Below, in pieces: positions 24,525 to 37,308 of a stretch of DNA of 64,000 bases; the first letter of the stretch is position 1; every line of letters starts with the position of its first letter. The stretch lies in assembly GCA_965112155.1 (NCBI GenBank), contig OZ218106.1, one strand, 5' to 3'. The translations under genes and the position numbers were made by a program. The notes below the pieces were generated by a model. That model was not told where the DNA came from and did not search any database. It saw nothing but the letters and a program-made list of their open reading frames with translations. Source of the stretch: Podarcis liolepis. Taxonomy: Eukaryota.

Positions 24525-24538
24525 GTGCCATCTGCTGT
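24525..24538 (-). promoter_or_regulatory. CTCF motif (reverse)
   Basis: Minus strand ACAGCAGATGGCAC; one mismatch to CCASYAGRKGGCRS. Confidence 0.5.
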
Positions 24539-25014
24539 TACATGGCCTATCAAGGCTGCATTATTAAGAAGCACACTGTTGAATTCAGTTCGTCTCCAGC
24601 ACTTAAGTGTTTAGGACTTGGGAATTCAGTAAAGAAACCCAACAACAACCCAGGGTTACGAAAGCAATGGGCAATTAGCAAAAAAGCAAATCAATTGCAA
24701 TGTAGGGAAGGGGGAGCAATGTAGGGAAGGAAGACCCAAGTATAACCTGATCACTATTCATTGTGCTCACTGGGATTGCAACCCATAGCACATTATCGGT
24801 GAGGGTGCCCCAACAGGAGCTGTTTATTTAGGAAAAAAGGCCTATACTATATTTCAGGAATGAGGATTCTTAGCCTGGGGTGGGAGAAGGGCAGAACACA
24901 ATCCTCCAGCCCTCTATGCTTAGCCCTTGAAACCCTTCACCAGCCCTGCTCAAATGTTTACCCTGGTTGGAATGCCCTTGTGAAGTGACAATGTCTTTTG
25001 ATCACCTGGATGGA

Positions 25015-25016
25015 GT

Positions 25017-25062
<46 letters not shown>

Positions 25063-25068
25063 GCGCGC
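25015..25068. repeat. Compound (GT)n(GA)n(GC)3 microsatellite
   Basis: Direct run. Confidence 0.95.
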
Positions 25069-28000
25069 ATATGATTTCTACATGGCTGGAATGTAGTCTG
25101 CTGTCACAACCATTCCTCCACCCAGTTCTGCCCCTGCCCCTTCCTGCCACTCATCTGTGGTACCTAGAACACCTGCCACCACCCATGAGGGAGTGTGGTC
25201 ATCCAACTGAAAAACATTTCCCTCATGCAGTAGGCCCTTCTCTTGGTTTTAGTGTATCTATGTGGGGTTTATTATCTGTTTGGTTGGTTGTAAGTCACTT
25301 TCAGTTGTCCTGAGCAAGATAAAGTAACTAACAAAGTTCAACAACAACAACAACAACATCATAGGGGATCATTCCATCAGGCAAGCTGAAGTGTTTGCCC
25401 TCATGGAATGATCATCTTGGTGCAATGTTGAACCCCTTCCAATATTTTGAACAGTAGTCTCAAGCCTTCCTCCATAGGAGCCAGCTCCTGGGGGCCAAGG
25501 CACTTTGAGGGCCCCCAATGTTAATGTTCAGAGGGCATTTGGCTCCGCCCCCTGGCTCCTCATGATGCTGCATGTGCAAAGTCAGGACATTGCGTTGGGC
25601 TCCCCTATCATCTTGAGAAGCTGGCACCTCTGCCTTCCTCTGTTCTAATAGATCCATGTGCTCTTAGAGTCTGTCCACAAAATGTTAAGATTCCACTTTT
25701 ATAAACCTTTATCCAATTCTGGAAGATATTGGTTACAGTTGTGAATATAGACTATGGAGTATAGCCCACATTTGGATTTGATAGGAAGCTCTCCTAAGCC
25801 AGCAACTCATAATTGGTTCAGAAACTGGCATTTCTGATCTCCGTCTGTAGTAAAAAAAGAATTACTGGTGAATAGCATGGTGGTGTAACCTTGCCATTCA
25901 TGGGTTCATTGTCTGATCTTTACATCAAAGGTGACCAGGGTTTAATATTGTCACATGCAATTTTGTCTCAAAAGAACTATGTGTGTGATTAATCCAGGAG
26001 CAAACCTGTCAATTCAGCTCCGTGTGAAGGAAAGCTGCTTAACTACTCAAGCCTTAAAATGGAGCTCCACTTGGCAGATTGCCCAGCAACAAATGGAATG
26101 GGGAATGGTGGTCAGGCGTGGGGGAGTCAGTGCATGCTATTGAATGTAAATCCCAAATTCAGTAAATGTGCTTCCCCAAGCAGGATCTCATCACTGAAAT
26201 TAGGCACATCTGGGCATGCCTTTGAATAGTTTTAGAAGGCAAAGTATCAGAGAACCGATCACCAAAGATCTGTGATCTTGCACGACAATGCACATGACAT
26301 TTTAAGAGGGAGACAAATCACCTACAAAACCTGATTTCTTGTCTGTTGCTCAGACATACTGGAAAGAGGGCTACATATGGCATGTCGGAGCTTTTTGGAT
26401 CAATTTTGATTCCACAGCAAAACTGTTGCATGAATCTCAAGACAGCTTTTAAAGCTTGAAAGCCTTTTGAATGTGGAGACTCTCAAGTCAGTAGAGGAGC
26501 TGCTGATTAGGAAAGACAAACACACACACAATCCGGTGCATGTGAGGTTTGGCCACAAATATGTACCACATAAATCAGCCTTAAATTACAGTCAAGAGAG
26601 CTTGAATAATTCCTGGGGCAATCGGCATAGCTTTAGGCAAATTAATTTTGGCCTGACTTTCAAAGGCACCAAAGGATCTGTATTAACTTCTTCACCTATA
26701 GCTTTTTCATCTTTGGGATGTTTACCAGAACTGGAAGTCTAGTACTTCTAAAAATATTATTTTCTTAATGTATTCATGGAATTGAAAGTGAGGATTGTCT
26801 AATCAGATCCCACCAGAAATATAAGGGCAGATGTCCCCCTGTCACACACACAAAAAATAAGGTGGATCACAGAGCAGGCTAGTGAGACTGAGCTTGGTGG
26901 ATATGGAATGCTGACTTACTGCTGAGTAGGAGGAAATGGGAAATGTAAAACAGTGGGTGGGAATGGGAACGGAATGGAGTATCCTGGAAAGGGGCATAGC
27001 TGCCTGGCTGGAACCGTGAAGGGCAGCACTCCACACTACAACGTTTCACTGCAGGTCCCACTTGTTCCCACCTTCATTGCAGTGACCACATGGTTTTCAT
27101 TGAACTGGCTGAATGTGCCTTTTGGTGCAGATGCCATTCTGGGACATGACTTGTTGCCCATGACGAGAGCAGAGCTGAGGCCGTTTATGTGTGCACATTT
27201 AAAATACAGAAGCACAAAAAGAAAAGATTTCCAAATGATTCAAGCGAAAGGCTTTCCTGCAGGAGCAGAGTGCTTTACCAACTGCCACAGCTTTGACAAC
27301 CACCTCCTGGCTAAAATACTTTTGCTCCGCTTTAGAGGATTATATTTCTTACTTCGGAGAGAGTTTAGATAGTGTGGTTTACAGTCTAAGGGAAGAGTAA
27401 AAAAACCCACACACCTAATGTTGTGCTGAAGACAACAAAGAAAGCATTTTCCCTTTTAAGATAATTATCATCCGTGTTTATAGTGATTAAGCTACAAAGA
27501 TTAATAATCAACAACACACAAAAACTGCCTGAAGGCAACACCTGAGAGCTTAACATCAGTAAAGGCTTCTTAAGTTATTGCTCTCCCTCTCTCTCATCAG
27601 TGGAAAAGGTTTCATTCACTGCCGCATTTTCATCTTGAGTTCATCTGAAACAGAAGAAAGCCGGGCTTTCCTACGCATAGCATGGGAATGCTGGGAGACT
27701 TTGATCCATTGTTTGTATATCAGCTCTTTGATAATGGGTTACAGTGTACTGTGGTTTTTAAAGCATGGTCATATGGTTCTTTTATACTTAGAGCTGTGCC
27801 AGCGTTTCCATGATCACCGTGTCACATGTGCCTAGCGTTGCTTGTATTAATTTGTTCCAACCTAAAACATGATTGCTTCCGCCTTCCCTCCCCCACACCC
27901 CTGGAATGAAAACACAAGGCACTGCAAATGGGTTCAGTTGTGGGCCACAGCCTTGTTGACGTATGTGTTTGATTTGCAGTCAACTAGCCAAAGGCAATCT

Positions 28001-28136
28001 CTCCCCTAACTCAGCTCTGGTGTATTTGCTACCACGAAGAGAGTTAGGAAACGGCATCTCTTGATGTTCACCTTGAATAGGCAACCCTCCTTGGGCAAAC
28101 CATCAGATCCCTGGTGTAGCAGGTGTCTACTCTTTG

Positions 28137-28214
28137 CAATCTTCAAAGATCTCAACAGCTGTCACCATGGAAGAAGGAAATAGCTTGTTTTCTCCTGCTC
28201 TGGAGGGCAGGACA

Positions 28215-28256
<42 letters not shown>

Positions 28257-28821
28257 TAATTTATTATTTATTCCCCAGTCACTCTGGGCGGCTTCCAACA
28301 GAATATTAAAATACAATAGTCTATTAAACATTAAAAGCTTCCCTAAACAGGGCTGCCTTCAGATGTCTTCTAAAAGTCTGGCACTTGTTTTTCTCTTTGA
28401 CATCTGGTAGGAGGGCGTTCCACAGGACGGGAGCCACTACCGAGAAGGCCCTCTGCCTTGTTCTCTGTAATTTGGCTTCTCGCAGCGAGGGAACTGCCAG
28501 AAGGCCCTTGGAGGTGGACCTCAGTGTCCGGGCAGAACGATGGGGGTGGAGACGCTCCTTTAGGTATACTGGACCGAGGCTTCAAGTTATAAGAAAGGTG
28601 ATTCCAACTAAACATCAGGAATAACTTTTTTTTGACAGTAAGAGCTGTTTGACAGTGGAATGGACTCCCTCAGAAGGTGGTGGACTCTCCATTTTTGGAA
28701 GTTTTTAATCAGAAGTTGGATGGCCATCTGTCATGTATGTTTCAGTTGAGATTCCTACATTGCAGGGGTTTGGACTAGATGATCGTTGGGGTGCCTTCCA
28801 ACTCTACAGTTCTATGATTCT
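28137..28821 (+). mobile_element. CR1 LINE 3' end, split by an L2 insertion
   Basis: ATCTTCAAA...TTGTTTTCTCCTGCTCTGGAGGGCAGGAC resumes at ~28579 GCTTCAAGTTA...; ends GGACTAGATGA...CCTTCCAACTCTACAGTTCTATGATTCT, a CR1-type terminus. Confidence 0.88.
28217..28580 (-). mobile_element. L2 LINE 3' fragment with (TTA)n tail
   Basis: Minus-strand translation LGPVYLKERL...RTLRS...QRAFSVVAPVLWNAL...FRRHLKAALFREAF matches the L2 ORF2 C-terminus. Confidence 0.9.
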
Positions 28822-30246
28822 TTGAAGGCATGTGCTTTGCTACTAGCAATAGTCCTTCCCCACTGAACGCCTGACTTGTGTAACCCTCCTTTTATCATTC
28901 AAATGCCTCTGGGTGCTCACAAATGTCTATCTCTCCACTTCCCTCTGACTCCATTGAGATCATAATGGTGCCCTATTCAAGTGGGAAAACAGCCCAATAG
29001 CTCTCTTCTTTTTTAGTGCAGAGAAAGCCCATGTTCCCTGAATACTGTTGCCTCAATGGACGTTGGGAAAGAGGAGCCTGGGTGATGAGGCATCAAGCTA
29101 GGTGACTGGGAAGTGTCTTCAGAGTCTATTTTCTCCAGCATTGGAGCTATCAAGTGCCTGCCTTTTTCCAGTGTTTCCTGATTGCACAAGTCTGCAATAG
29201 ATCTTTAGGGTACAAAGTACCATTCTGACATTTGTCCTGAGTACTACGTGTATGTTTCCCATCACTCAACAACATAATTCAACAGGGATATCGTCAGCCA
29301 TTTGTGACTGCAAGGCAGAATAGAGCAGAGCTTTGTTCAGACATATCTGATACTTGTAAGGGCTGGTCCTGCTGAAAAACTGATCATTTTGGCTGAGTTA
29401 CAAAACTTTTTCAGTGGCGTGTAAACCTTGCAGAAGCAATAATTGATTTTTTTGATTTTTTAAAAATGCTTTCACTAGCCATTTCAAGTGGAGTAAAGGA
29501 CTTGTCATCTTTTGGCCCATCACCCAAACTACGAACTGCAGCTACAAAAACAACATGAATAAGAAGCACTCAAACTCGATTCAGCTCTTCAGTGGATCAA
29601 TATGATTGAAGAGATTAGGATGGTACTGGCACGTCAGAGCTCCATTAATGTCAGACCACCAGGTTGGACATTCAGGCACTGCTAACAGATAGCACATATG
29701 CTGAGTTGCATGAACTTGTCAAATTTAGCATTAGCCATCTTTGCACAGAATACTAAACTATTATGAACTGCTAGAGTTCAAGCCATTAGGTGAGAAAGCA
29801 AGCTTGTATAACTAACCATGGTTTGTTGAAAAACAGGATACCATATGTAAAAGCGAAACTAAACTTTGTTGAAGACTTACAGAAGTTACATTTGAAAATG
29901 TCTCATAGAATCAGTTTGTTGAAATGAATTTGTAAAAAGATTTTGCATTGGGAATAACTAGTTTGAATGCAGAGCCTAAATTTGGGATAGGAAAGCCTTC
30001 TGTGTACTATAATCATGAGTTCCAAACTGTATTGTCCATTGATAAATAGCTATCAATTTGTAACATATATTTTAAGAGGATAGGAGTAGAGTAGTCTGCT
30101 CTACTTTCAACCTCAAGAGAGAAAACTATCTGGACCTATTGCTGCCTGAGTATGTTGATGTCTCTTTGGGGTCAGGGAGCGCTTTTCTTGGTAGGAGCAC
30201 AATTATGGATAGGATTATTGGATAGGAATGGATTATGAAGTACATT

Positions 30247-30598
30247 GGGATGCGGGTGGCACTGTGGTCTAAAGCACAAAGCCTAGGGCTTGCCGATCAG
30301 AAGGTCGGCAGTTCGAATCCCCATGATGGCGTGAGCTCCCATTGCTCGGTCCCTGCTCCTGCCAACCTAGCAGTTCAAAAGCACATCAAAGTGCAAGTAG
30401 ATAAATAGGTACCGCTCTGGAGGGAAGGTAAACAGCGTTTCCATGTGCTGCTCCGGTTTGCCAGAAGTGGCTTAGTCATGCTGGCCACATGATCCAGAAG
30501 CTGTACGCCTGCTCCCTCAGCCAGTAAAGCGAGATGAGCGCCGCAACCCCAGAGTCGTCTGTGACTGGACCTAATGGTCAGGGGTCCCTTTACCTTTA
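30247..30598 (+). mobile_element. Sauria SINE
   Basis: GGGATGCGGGTGGCACTGTGG head, B box GTTCGAATCC, GTGCAAGTAGATAAATAGGTACC core, BovB-like AGAGTCG..GACT tail, CCCTTTACCTTTA end. Confidence 0.95.
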
Positions 30599-30831
30599 AG
30601 GCAATTAATCATACCGCACAGATACACTTGACCTAATTAAAAAGCAAATAATTTCCCCCCTTGAAATATTTCAGAAGAAGTTGGGCAGGCATCTTACAGC
30701 AAGTGACTTTTAGCAATCATCACATCCTTGTGTATCTGGTTTTTCTGATGTTCAATCCACATTGACCTTGGGGGACAAGGTGGGTGAATTTTTAAGTGCA
30801 TATCTTTAAGAATATGAAATCAAGACTTGCA

Positions 30832-31070
30832 AGGTTACAGTTCTATGCATATATATGTATATATTAGGAAGTCTCACCATGGGTGCATCTAAGTGCATCT
30901 AGATTTATAGCCCCAGGCAGTTGTCTTATACTTGCTTACTTGGGAGTAAGTGCAATTTAAGTCAGAATTTTTTACCTTTGAGCAAGCATTCATAGGATTG
31001 ACCTATAAAAACTATTTTAAGGCTCCAATCCTATACCTGAGAGCAAGTCTCCTTGAACTCAATGGGACTG
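30832..31070. repeat. Cluster of three short palindromic interspersed repeats (family also at ~17620-17710, 49545-49630, 60210-60340)
   Basis: Each resembles CAATCCTATG...GAGTAAGTCCCATTGAACTCAATGGG...CATAGGATTG with inverted ends. Confidence 0.55.
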
Positions 31071-32087
31071 CGCTCAATCATTTACCCTACTACATCCCAT
31101 GCTTTATTTGATGGTTAAAAATAAGGTTTCTTCTCTAAAGAGATACACACTGAGCAAATTCTGCTTTGACTACTGCTGAACTCTGAGGTCAAGAGGCAAA
31201 TTGATCTCAGGTAAAAGTTAAACCCATTGAAAGAAACCACTGGATTCTCCTTCTCCACTAAAAATAAAAGTGCACTTTTCTGTTGACATAGGACTATTAC
31301 TGTCATTAGGGTAGTTTCTTTAATTTTCTCTCCCCTTCACCCTCAATTTAAAATAAGGGTCTGGCAACCCTGGTTCATTCTGTATGTCACACTGTCTGCT
31401 TCTCTTCCACTTTCTGATTATTTTGACCTCCAGATAATAAAGAAGCCCTTTCAATTGCTTCTGTTTCAGAACTGTCATCAGGCGGTAGCTGTGCTTCCTG
31501 CCAAACGAGTGAGCAAGGTGAAATCACAGAGCTACGGCTATGAAAAATGGCATGTTTGGCTTTCACAGGAGTGGAAGGCTGCATGTAACCTTTCTTTCAA
31601 ACATCCCTCTGTCACCATGCGATCCCACCAGCCCTGGGCTCATTCCAGCTTGTTCACAAATCAAAGGTAACTGACAGAAGCCAATGGGGGTCACGTAAAT
31701 CACCTGCTAACGGGAAGAGAGTGGAACAGGGAGAGAGGATGTGTTGTACATCCCAGCAGATAGTGACCCTGGAGAACCCCACAGGTGTGCGGGTGGAAGG
31801 TCAGAGAAAAGCTTTGGTTGCTCCTTATGAGCAAAGCATATTTTGCAAATTACTTAAATGTGATTCACGCCAACGAAACATACTTTATACTTCAATCTTT
31901 AATCAAATCCATTCTCTCTTGTTCTAGGAGTGTAACAATCCCCAACTGCATTAGGATGGGCCAGTTATTCGTAAACTCAACCAGCAAAGAAATATTTGGT
32001 CAATTATTGTCTGGCATTGGCCAAGTCGTCAAAGCATCAATAGAGTACATTTGTAGCAAGTCCACTTACCACTAAAGGGGCAAGTGG

Positions 32088-32818
32088 TGTTGCAGCCTGG
32101 CACTTAACGTTGGACCTAACAACTTGCGTCAGTGGCCAGGGCATTGGATTCAGGCCTGCATGCAAATTGCCCAGTCGTGGATGGGCCTGGAGAGAGGGTC
32201 TCCTCAGAAGCAAGCCCAATGGAGCATTCAGGCTTCCCTTGGGTCCACTCCTTGGGCTTAAAAGCTGGACGGCCCTGCCTATGTTTTCAGCTTTAATTAT
32301 GCTTGCTTGGCCTTGCTGTGGACTTCTGGTCACCATATTTGGGGCTGGGTAGAAATTTATCCACCCAGCAAATTTGTTCTACTCTAGTTGTTTTTGTCTA
32401 CCTCACAGCAGTCATCACAACTTTGGTGGTTTAGGCATTGGGTAAGCCTTAGTCTTGGCTGGAGGGGAGGTTGTGGCTCTGCCTGTCCCTATGAGAAAAG
32501 GATATCCAACTAAGGAGATATGTGAGGAGTTGCTTTTGTCCTAGATGGGGGCTAGGGCCACAGCACTCATCAAGACAGCCATCCCATGGGGTATTCCTAC
32601 TTGATATGTCATAGGACTCCCCCGCTGTTGGATTGACCTTGGATATACTTCTGGCAGGTGGGCTTGAAGTCAATGGCTGTATCCAATACCTATGCCAAAC
32701 CTCTTAACATCTGCAATCAATAAAGTTGTGGCCTTATTTGATCCAAAAATCACTGTGTTCTGCCTGGTTTATTGTTGTGGAAAATGGGGTGGTGGGTGGC
32801 ACATTGCCTTGGCATACA
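32088..32818 (+). mobile_element. Solo-LTR-like element, family A copy 1
   Basis: TGTTGC...GCATACA termini; AATAAA at 32719-24; collinear homology blocks with 47626-48384. No clear TSD. Confidence 0.6.
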
Positions 32819-34001
32819 ATGAGCCGGACTTAAACTGATTACAAAAATCCAAGTTACCTGTGAAACATTTGCAGCTGAAATAAAACAAAAATTGTCCTCA
32901 AAATTCTCTTCTGTGGATGATTTTGATGCTGAATATTCTCAAAGTATTTCTCTCTGGAGGGAAATCACCTGGAAACACCATGTACTTTAATTAAAGTTTC
33001 ATGATGTAAATTATTCAGTGATAACAACAGCAAATGTTGGAATAGTTTCCTAATATTCGTAGAGTTTTATTGCTGTCTGTGTTTCAGCCAAATGATGTTT
33101 GGTCTTGATACCTGATATGTAATTTGCAATGTTTGATCATTGACCTGCAATGGTAATAAACATCTGGCAGTGCTGACAGCTGACATGGAACTGCATAGCA
33201 TAGTGTTTTTTTTCCATTTTTTACCACCTTGCAACATCATCCATATCAGCATCTGCCAAGAAACTTCTACAACAGAGACCCTGTACATTACAGAGAATCT
33301 TGGGGGGGGGGCATGTTCCTAGGTAAACCCTCAGTTCACAAGGCAGAGCATTGGACCTTACCATCACCTATTTTGAACTGAGAGTGTTCCCTCTCACATA
33401 TCCCTGTGGCTGTTTGTGAACTGTAGATAGAGGAAGATCAGTCATGATGGAACAATATATGCTTCAGCTGTCCTTCTCAATGAAGGAGACTCATTAAGTC
33501 TACAAATTACACAGGGTATATCAGTTATAACCCAGAAGGCTGTTTGCACTTTGGCATGCAATGGAGTCATTTTGTCTAATTTCTGATGCTCAGGTGAGAT
33601 GCCATGGCTTACACACGCACAAGAGGGGGTTATCAGGAGGTTTGGGGCAACAACAATGATTGTAGCACTGCAGTTTTGAAAAGAAGTAAAACCAGAGTGG
33701 GAGGAACTCCAAAAGAACCCAATGAGGACTGACCAAGGAGCTGATTGGCTGTGGGGAGGGAAAATGGAAAATATGGCAGATAAGGAAATGGAATCAAGTC
33801 TTCTGTAGGGTCAGGCTGACCAACTGTAGCAATGGACAGAAACACACCACAACGACAATTTTTTGCAAACCCCATCTTTTGGTACTATACAGTATGAGCA
33901 TTGGCATGTATTTTTTATGTTAACAGCATTTGAGAATTGCCCCATATTGCTGTTTTTCAGGTACAGAAATCAATCTGAGTTAGGGAGAGAAAGGGACTTA
34001 C

Positions 34002-34244
34002 CCATAGCTGAAGTATATCTTAGATTTTGACCTTTGGTGTTTTTGGTTCTACCCCAACTGCACGGACTGCCTCCCAATGTCGCCAATGAGCTCACTGTCT
34101 CCCACTGTCCCTGCTTCTTGTTTATACATGATCCATCAAAGATTTGCCTTGCTAGCAGTGTCTTTCTTTTTGGTCAGCCTAGCTTCCCCTGCATTTCCTG
34201 TCTTGAAAGAATTTTGGCAGGTTTACGCATGACACTACATTGCC
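34002..34244 (-). other. Candidate non-coding exon (243 nt)
   Basis: Minus strand: CTAAT branch-like site, ctttccactttccag|G acceptor, TGG|GTAAGT donor; stops in all three frames. Confidence 0.3.
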
Positions 34245-36210
34245 CTGGAAAGTGGAAAGTCTGTAATTAGACACTGTGTAATCAGCTGCCTCCCACTGGC
34301 AACCAGTCTGCCTTAAATCTGCCATCACAATTAATCAAGAAATCCCCTCCGGGGAAGTCACTGCCTCCACAAACCACTAACCTGTCAATTATGGGATTTA
34401 CGTTAACACTTGCTACTACCAGCTCTATGAAAATAACATCCTGTGACATATAAGTGGCCAGAAGAATACCATCCTTATAAGGAGCATGTTTCATGTCAGT
34501 GCCTGAGAGGTAAAAACTGAATCCTTACTCCTGTGTCACGTTAGCAGCAAAACTCTCACTGACCCTTAGCAGGAATGACACCATTGTTATTTGCAAATGT
34601 AGGTATTCATTCAAATTATTAATAGTGTGACTGACAGATATAAACATTGCAGCAACTGGTTTATTTTATTTCTAATACCTAACAGTCAAATTCATAACCC
34701 AGTTGAGATGAAGGGTTTACTTCTACTCAAGGCAACTGGAAAAAGCTAAATTCTTATTACTGGGCTGTTAAACAGCTTAGACTTCACTATTTCTTTGCTT
34801 TAATTCAGTTGTACACCGGCAGCTAGAGAAAATGCGGAATAATAACCAGTCACCAACCTAACAGGATCCCAAATCCTTAAAACAATTTGGTATCAGATTG
34901 CGGTAATTAAGTCTAAGCTTGCTTTGCTAGAAGAGACCCCCAATAGTCACCTGTTGCAGGATGGAAAGATGCCAATGCATTATCAATTTTTAAAAATTAT
35001 AGAATTTACTCTCCGCTGTCTTTAAGATTTCAGTTTATTGGTAATCTGATTGTTACAGGGGGAAGGAGTGCAAATGCTACAGTTAATGATTGTATACAAG
35101 AAGAAAATCAACAACAATTTAACAAGAAGTTAAGATCATGTGGCATCAGTAATGCAATAGTACAATGAGTGGGAAATGAAGGAAATTTGAGTTGTCGGAG
35201 CTAAATCACAAAGCAGGGGTATGACTAATAAAATTTAAAAGGCTGAAATGTTTTTGAGAAACCTGCATTGTGTGGTCAAGAAGTTCACTAGAAGGGTGCT
35301 TGAAGATCAAATAAACTATTCTATCATCAAAGCAGCTTTGATTAAGATACAACTAGCAGATAGTTTGTTTAGTTCCAAAACTTGATATACAAGAAAGAAA
35401 ATTTTACTTCACCAATGCAATTCTGTAACTCCTAAGACAATTTCCTGAAATGCCCATTCAGGATTTCTGAAGATCTCCACTAGAATTTTAATGAAGTTAA
35501 TGGGTTAGATCAAATGTACCTTCTGCTCATGGGAAGACTTTTGGAAATCCTAACCCTTTTACAGCCCTGCATCAAATCTTTCTTGAACATGTTTTTGGAC
35601 CATATCACCACCAACTATTTCCCTCTTGCTCGTGTTTCTTTGGATCCAAAACATTATCTTTCTAACATGGAAGACGTTGAACTCAAACAGGCCGTCTTCT
35701 GCCTGCAATCCTGTGTACTTATTTCCATTTATGGATTGCTTCCCATTAAATATCTCAAAGCAATATTGAAACTTTATAATGTCAGGAAGACGTTCCACAG
35801 TTGACAGTTAGCCCTCAACAAAAGCATACCCAGCCCTTTCTTTTAATCTCTGGTTTTAAGGCTGTCAGATTCTTAACTGCCAAAACAACACAGGTTAACA
35901 ACAACAAAAAAATCTTTAAAAAATAAACAGAAGGATGAATTAAATATATTATTTTCTGCCAAAAACTGGTAGTGTCAGAACATCAAGTTGTCTCCTGAAA
36001 GATAATATTTTGGGCGTCTGTTTCACACACGTCCTACTCTCCAAGCTAGGCCCCAAGGCAGGCAGAGCCCCAGCTTGGCAGGAAGGGGAGTAGCTGTCCA
36101 GGCTGCAGTGTGGGAATGTTTTGTGCTTGTATGTTAGGAGTGGAGGGTGAAATGAGCAGAGGGTTGTAAAGAACACTTCTGCAGCCCCTCTGATTAATTT
36201 GTGTAATATT

Positions 36211-36212
<2 letters not shown>

Positions 36213-36255
<43 letters not shown>
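36213..36255. repeat. (CA)n microsatellite
   Basis: Direct run. Confidence 0.95.
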
Positions 36256-36256
<1 letters not shown>

Positions 36257-36263
36257 CATTGAC

Positions 36264-36559
36264 TAGAGATGAAAGAATCGTTCAGTTTCAGTTTCGCTGT
36301 TTCTTATTTTTTAATCTTCAGTTTACCCCATTTCTCTCTCTCTATCTTTTTGTACACACACACACACACGAAAATAGCACAATGTATTCATTTTTGCAGG
36401 CTATTTGCCAGAATAAAATGCATTTTTGAATGTCATTGTCTCTAAGAGACATGCCTTTGTGATGGAGAACGGCACTGCAAAAGTTGGAGAAGTGTTGAAT
36501 CAATAGGTTCAAATTAAAATGGGAACCTAATGAACTTGAATGTCTTGTGTTCATCACTG
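36264..36559. mobile_element. hAT-Ac-like MITE relic
   Basis: TAGAGATGAA / TTCATCACTG termini; GGAGAACGGCACTGCAAAAGTTGGAGAAGTG shared with ~4998-5030. Confidence 0.55.
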
Positions 36560-36875
36560 GCTTTTGTTGCTTTTTTGTAATTATTGGTATGTTTTACATA
36601 TATTTGATTTTTCTATGTTTTTAGTGATTCTTGTTCTTATCTGTAAGCCGCCTTAAAAAATCTGATCAGAGAGGCCTCGTGGCTCTTAGTCTCAGTGTGT
36701 CTGACTTAAAGTTTTAATTTGTGATATGGACTTGAGGAATTATGACTGAAAGCTACCTGGTAAATGCCATTAGTACAGATATTTGAACTTTGGGTTCCTC
36801 ACTTCCAAAAGCAGCAATCAAGCTAAGTCACTGAAATAAAGCATAAAATTATTTCATGCTCCTCTCTATCTCTAC

Positions 36876-37308
36876 TACGGATGGGCAGATATATCAATTT
36901 TGGGTTTTCTCCATTTTTCATTTTTCCCAGGTCTCCACATTTCCACACTGGTTAGCAATTTTTTGAAAGAAGCCCTTTTGGAAACCCACCACCATTTTAG
37001 TGTGAAATGCACATGTTTGTAGGCAATTTTGTCAACTAGTGCTTATTTTTGCAAAGCAGTTTTCTCTAATAGAACACATCTTATATGTATATAACATACG
37101 AATGTATGTTCGTTTCACTAACACATACATTAATATGCACACTTTATCCCAGCACATGTCATTTTGCTGGAAAACAGCATGGCAAAATTCAGATAAGTGC
37201 AAATTTCAAAGAATGGCTGCATTTTGGTTCTCAGATTGCTTTGGAAAATGTGAATTGGGTTGATTCGCCTTTCAGTGCACACCAAATAAAATCGCTCCCT
37301 CATCACTA
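36876..37308. mobile_element. hAT-Ac-like MITE
   Basis: TACGGATG / CATCACTA termini (Ac-type TAGGGATG); flanks ATCTCTAC / ATCTCT(CT)AC read as an 8-bp TSD with CT slippage. Confidence 0.7.

Noticed and set aside
34282-34494. 70-aa minus-strand ORF with globular-looking composition
   Set aside because: No recognisable homology or supporting gene structure; length within chance expectation.
35514-35804. Possible ancient LINE (RTE-X-like) C-terminal relic, also ~21260-21470
   Set aside because: Only vague similarity (YLSN...LKQAVF) with no diagnostic motif; needs a profile-HMM search.
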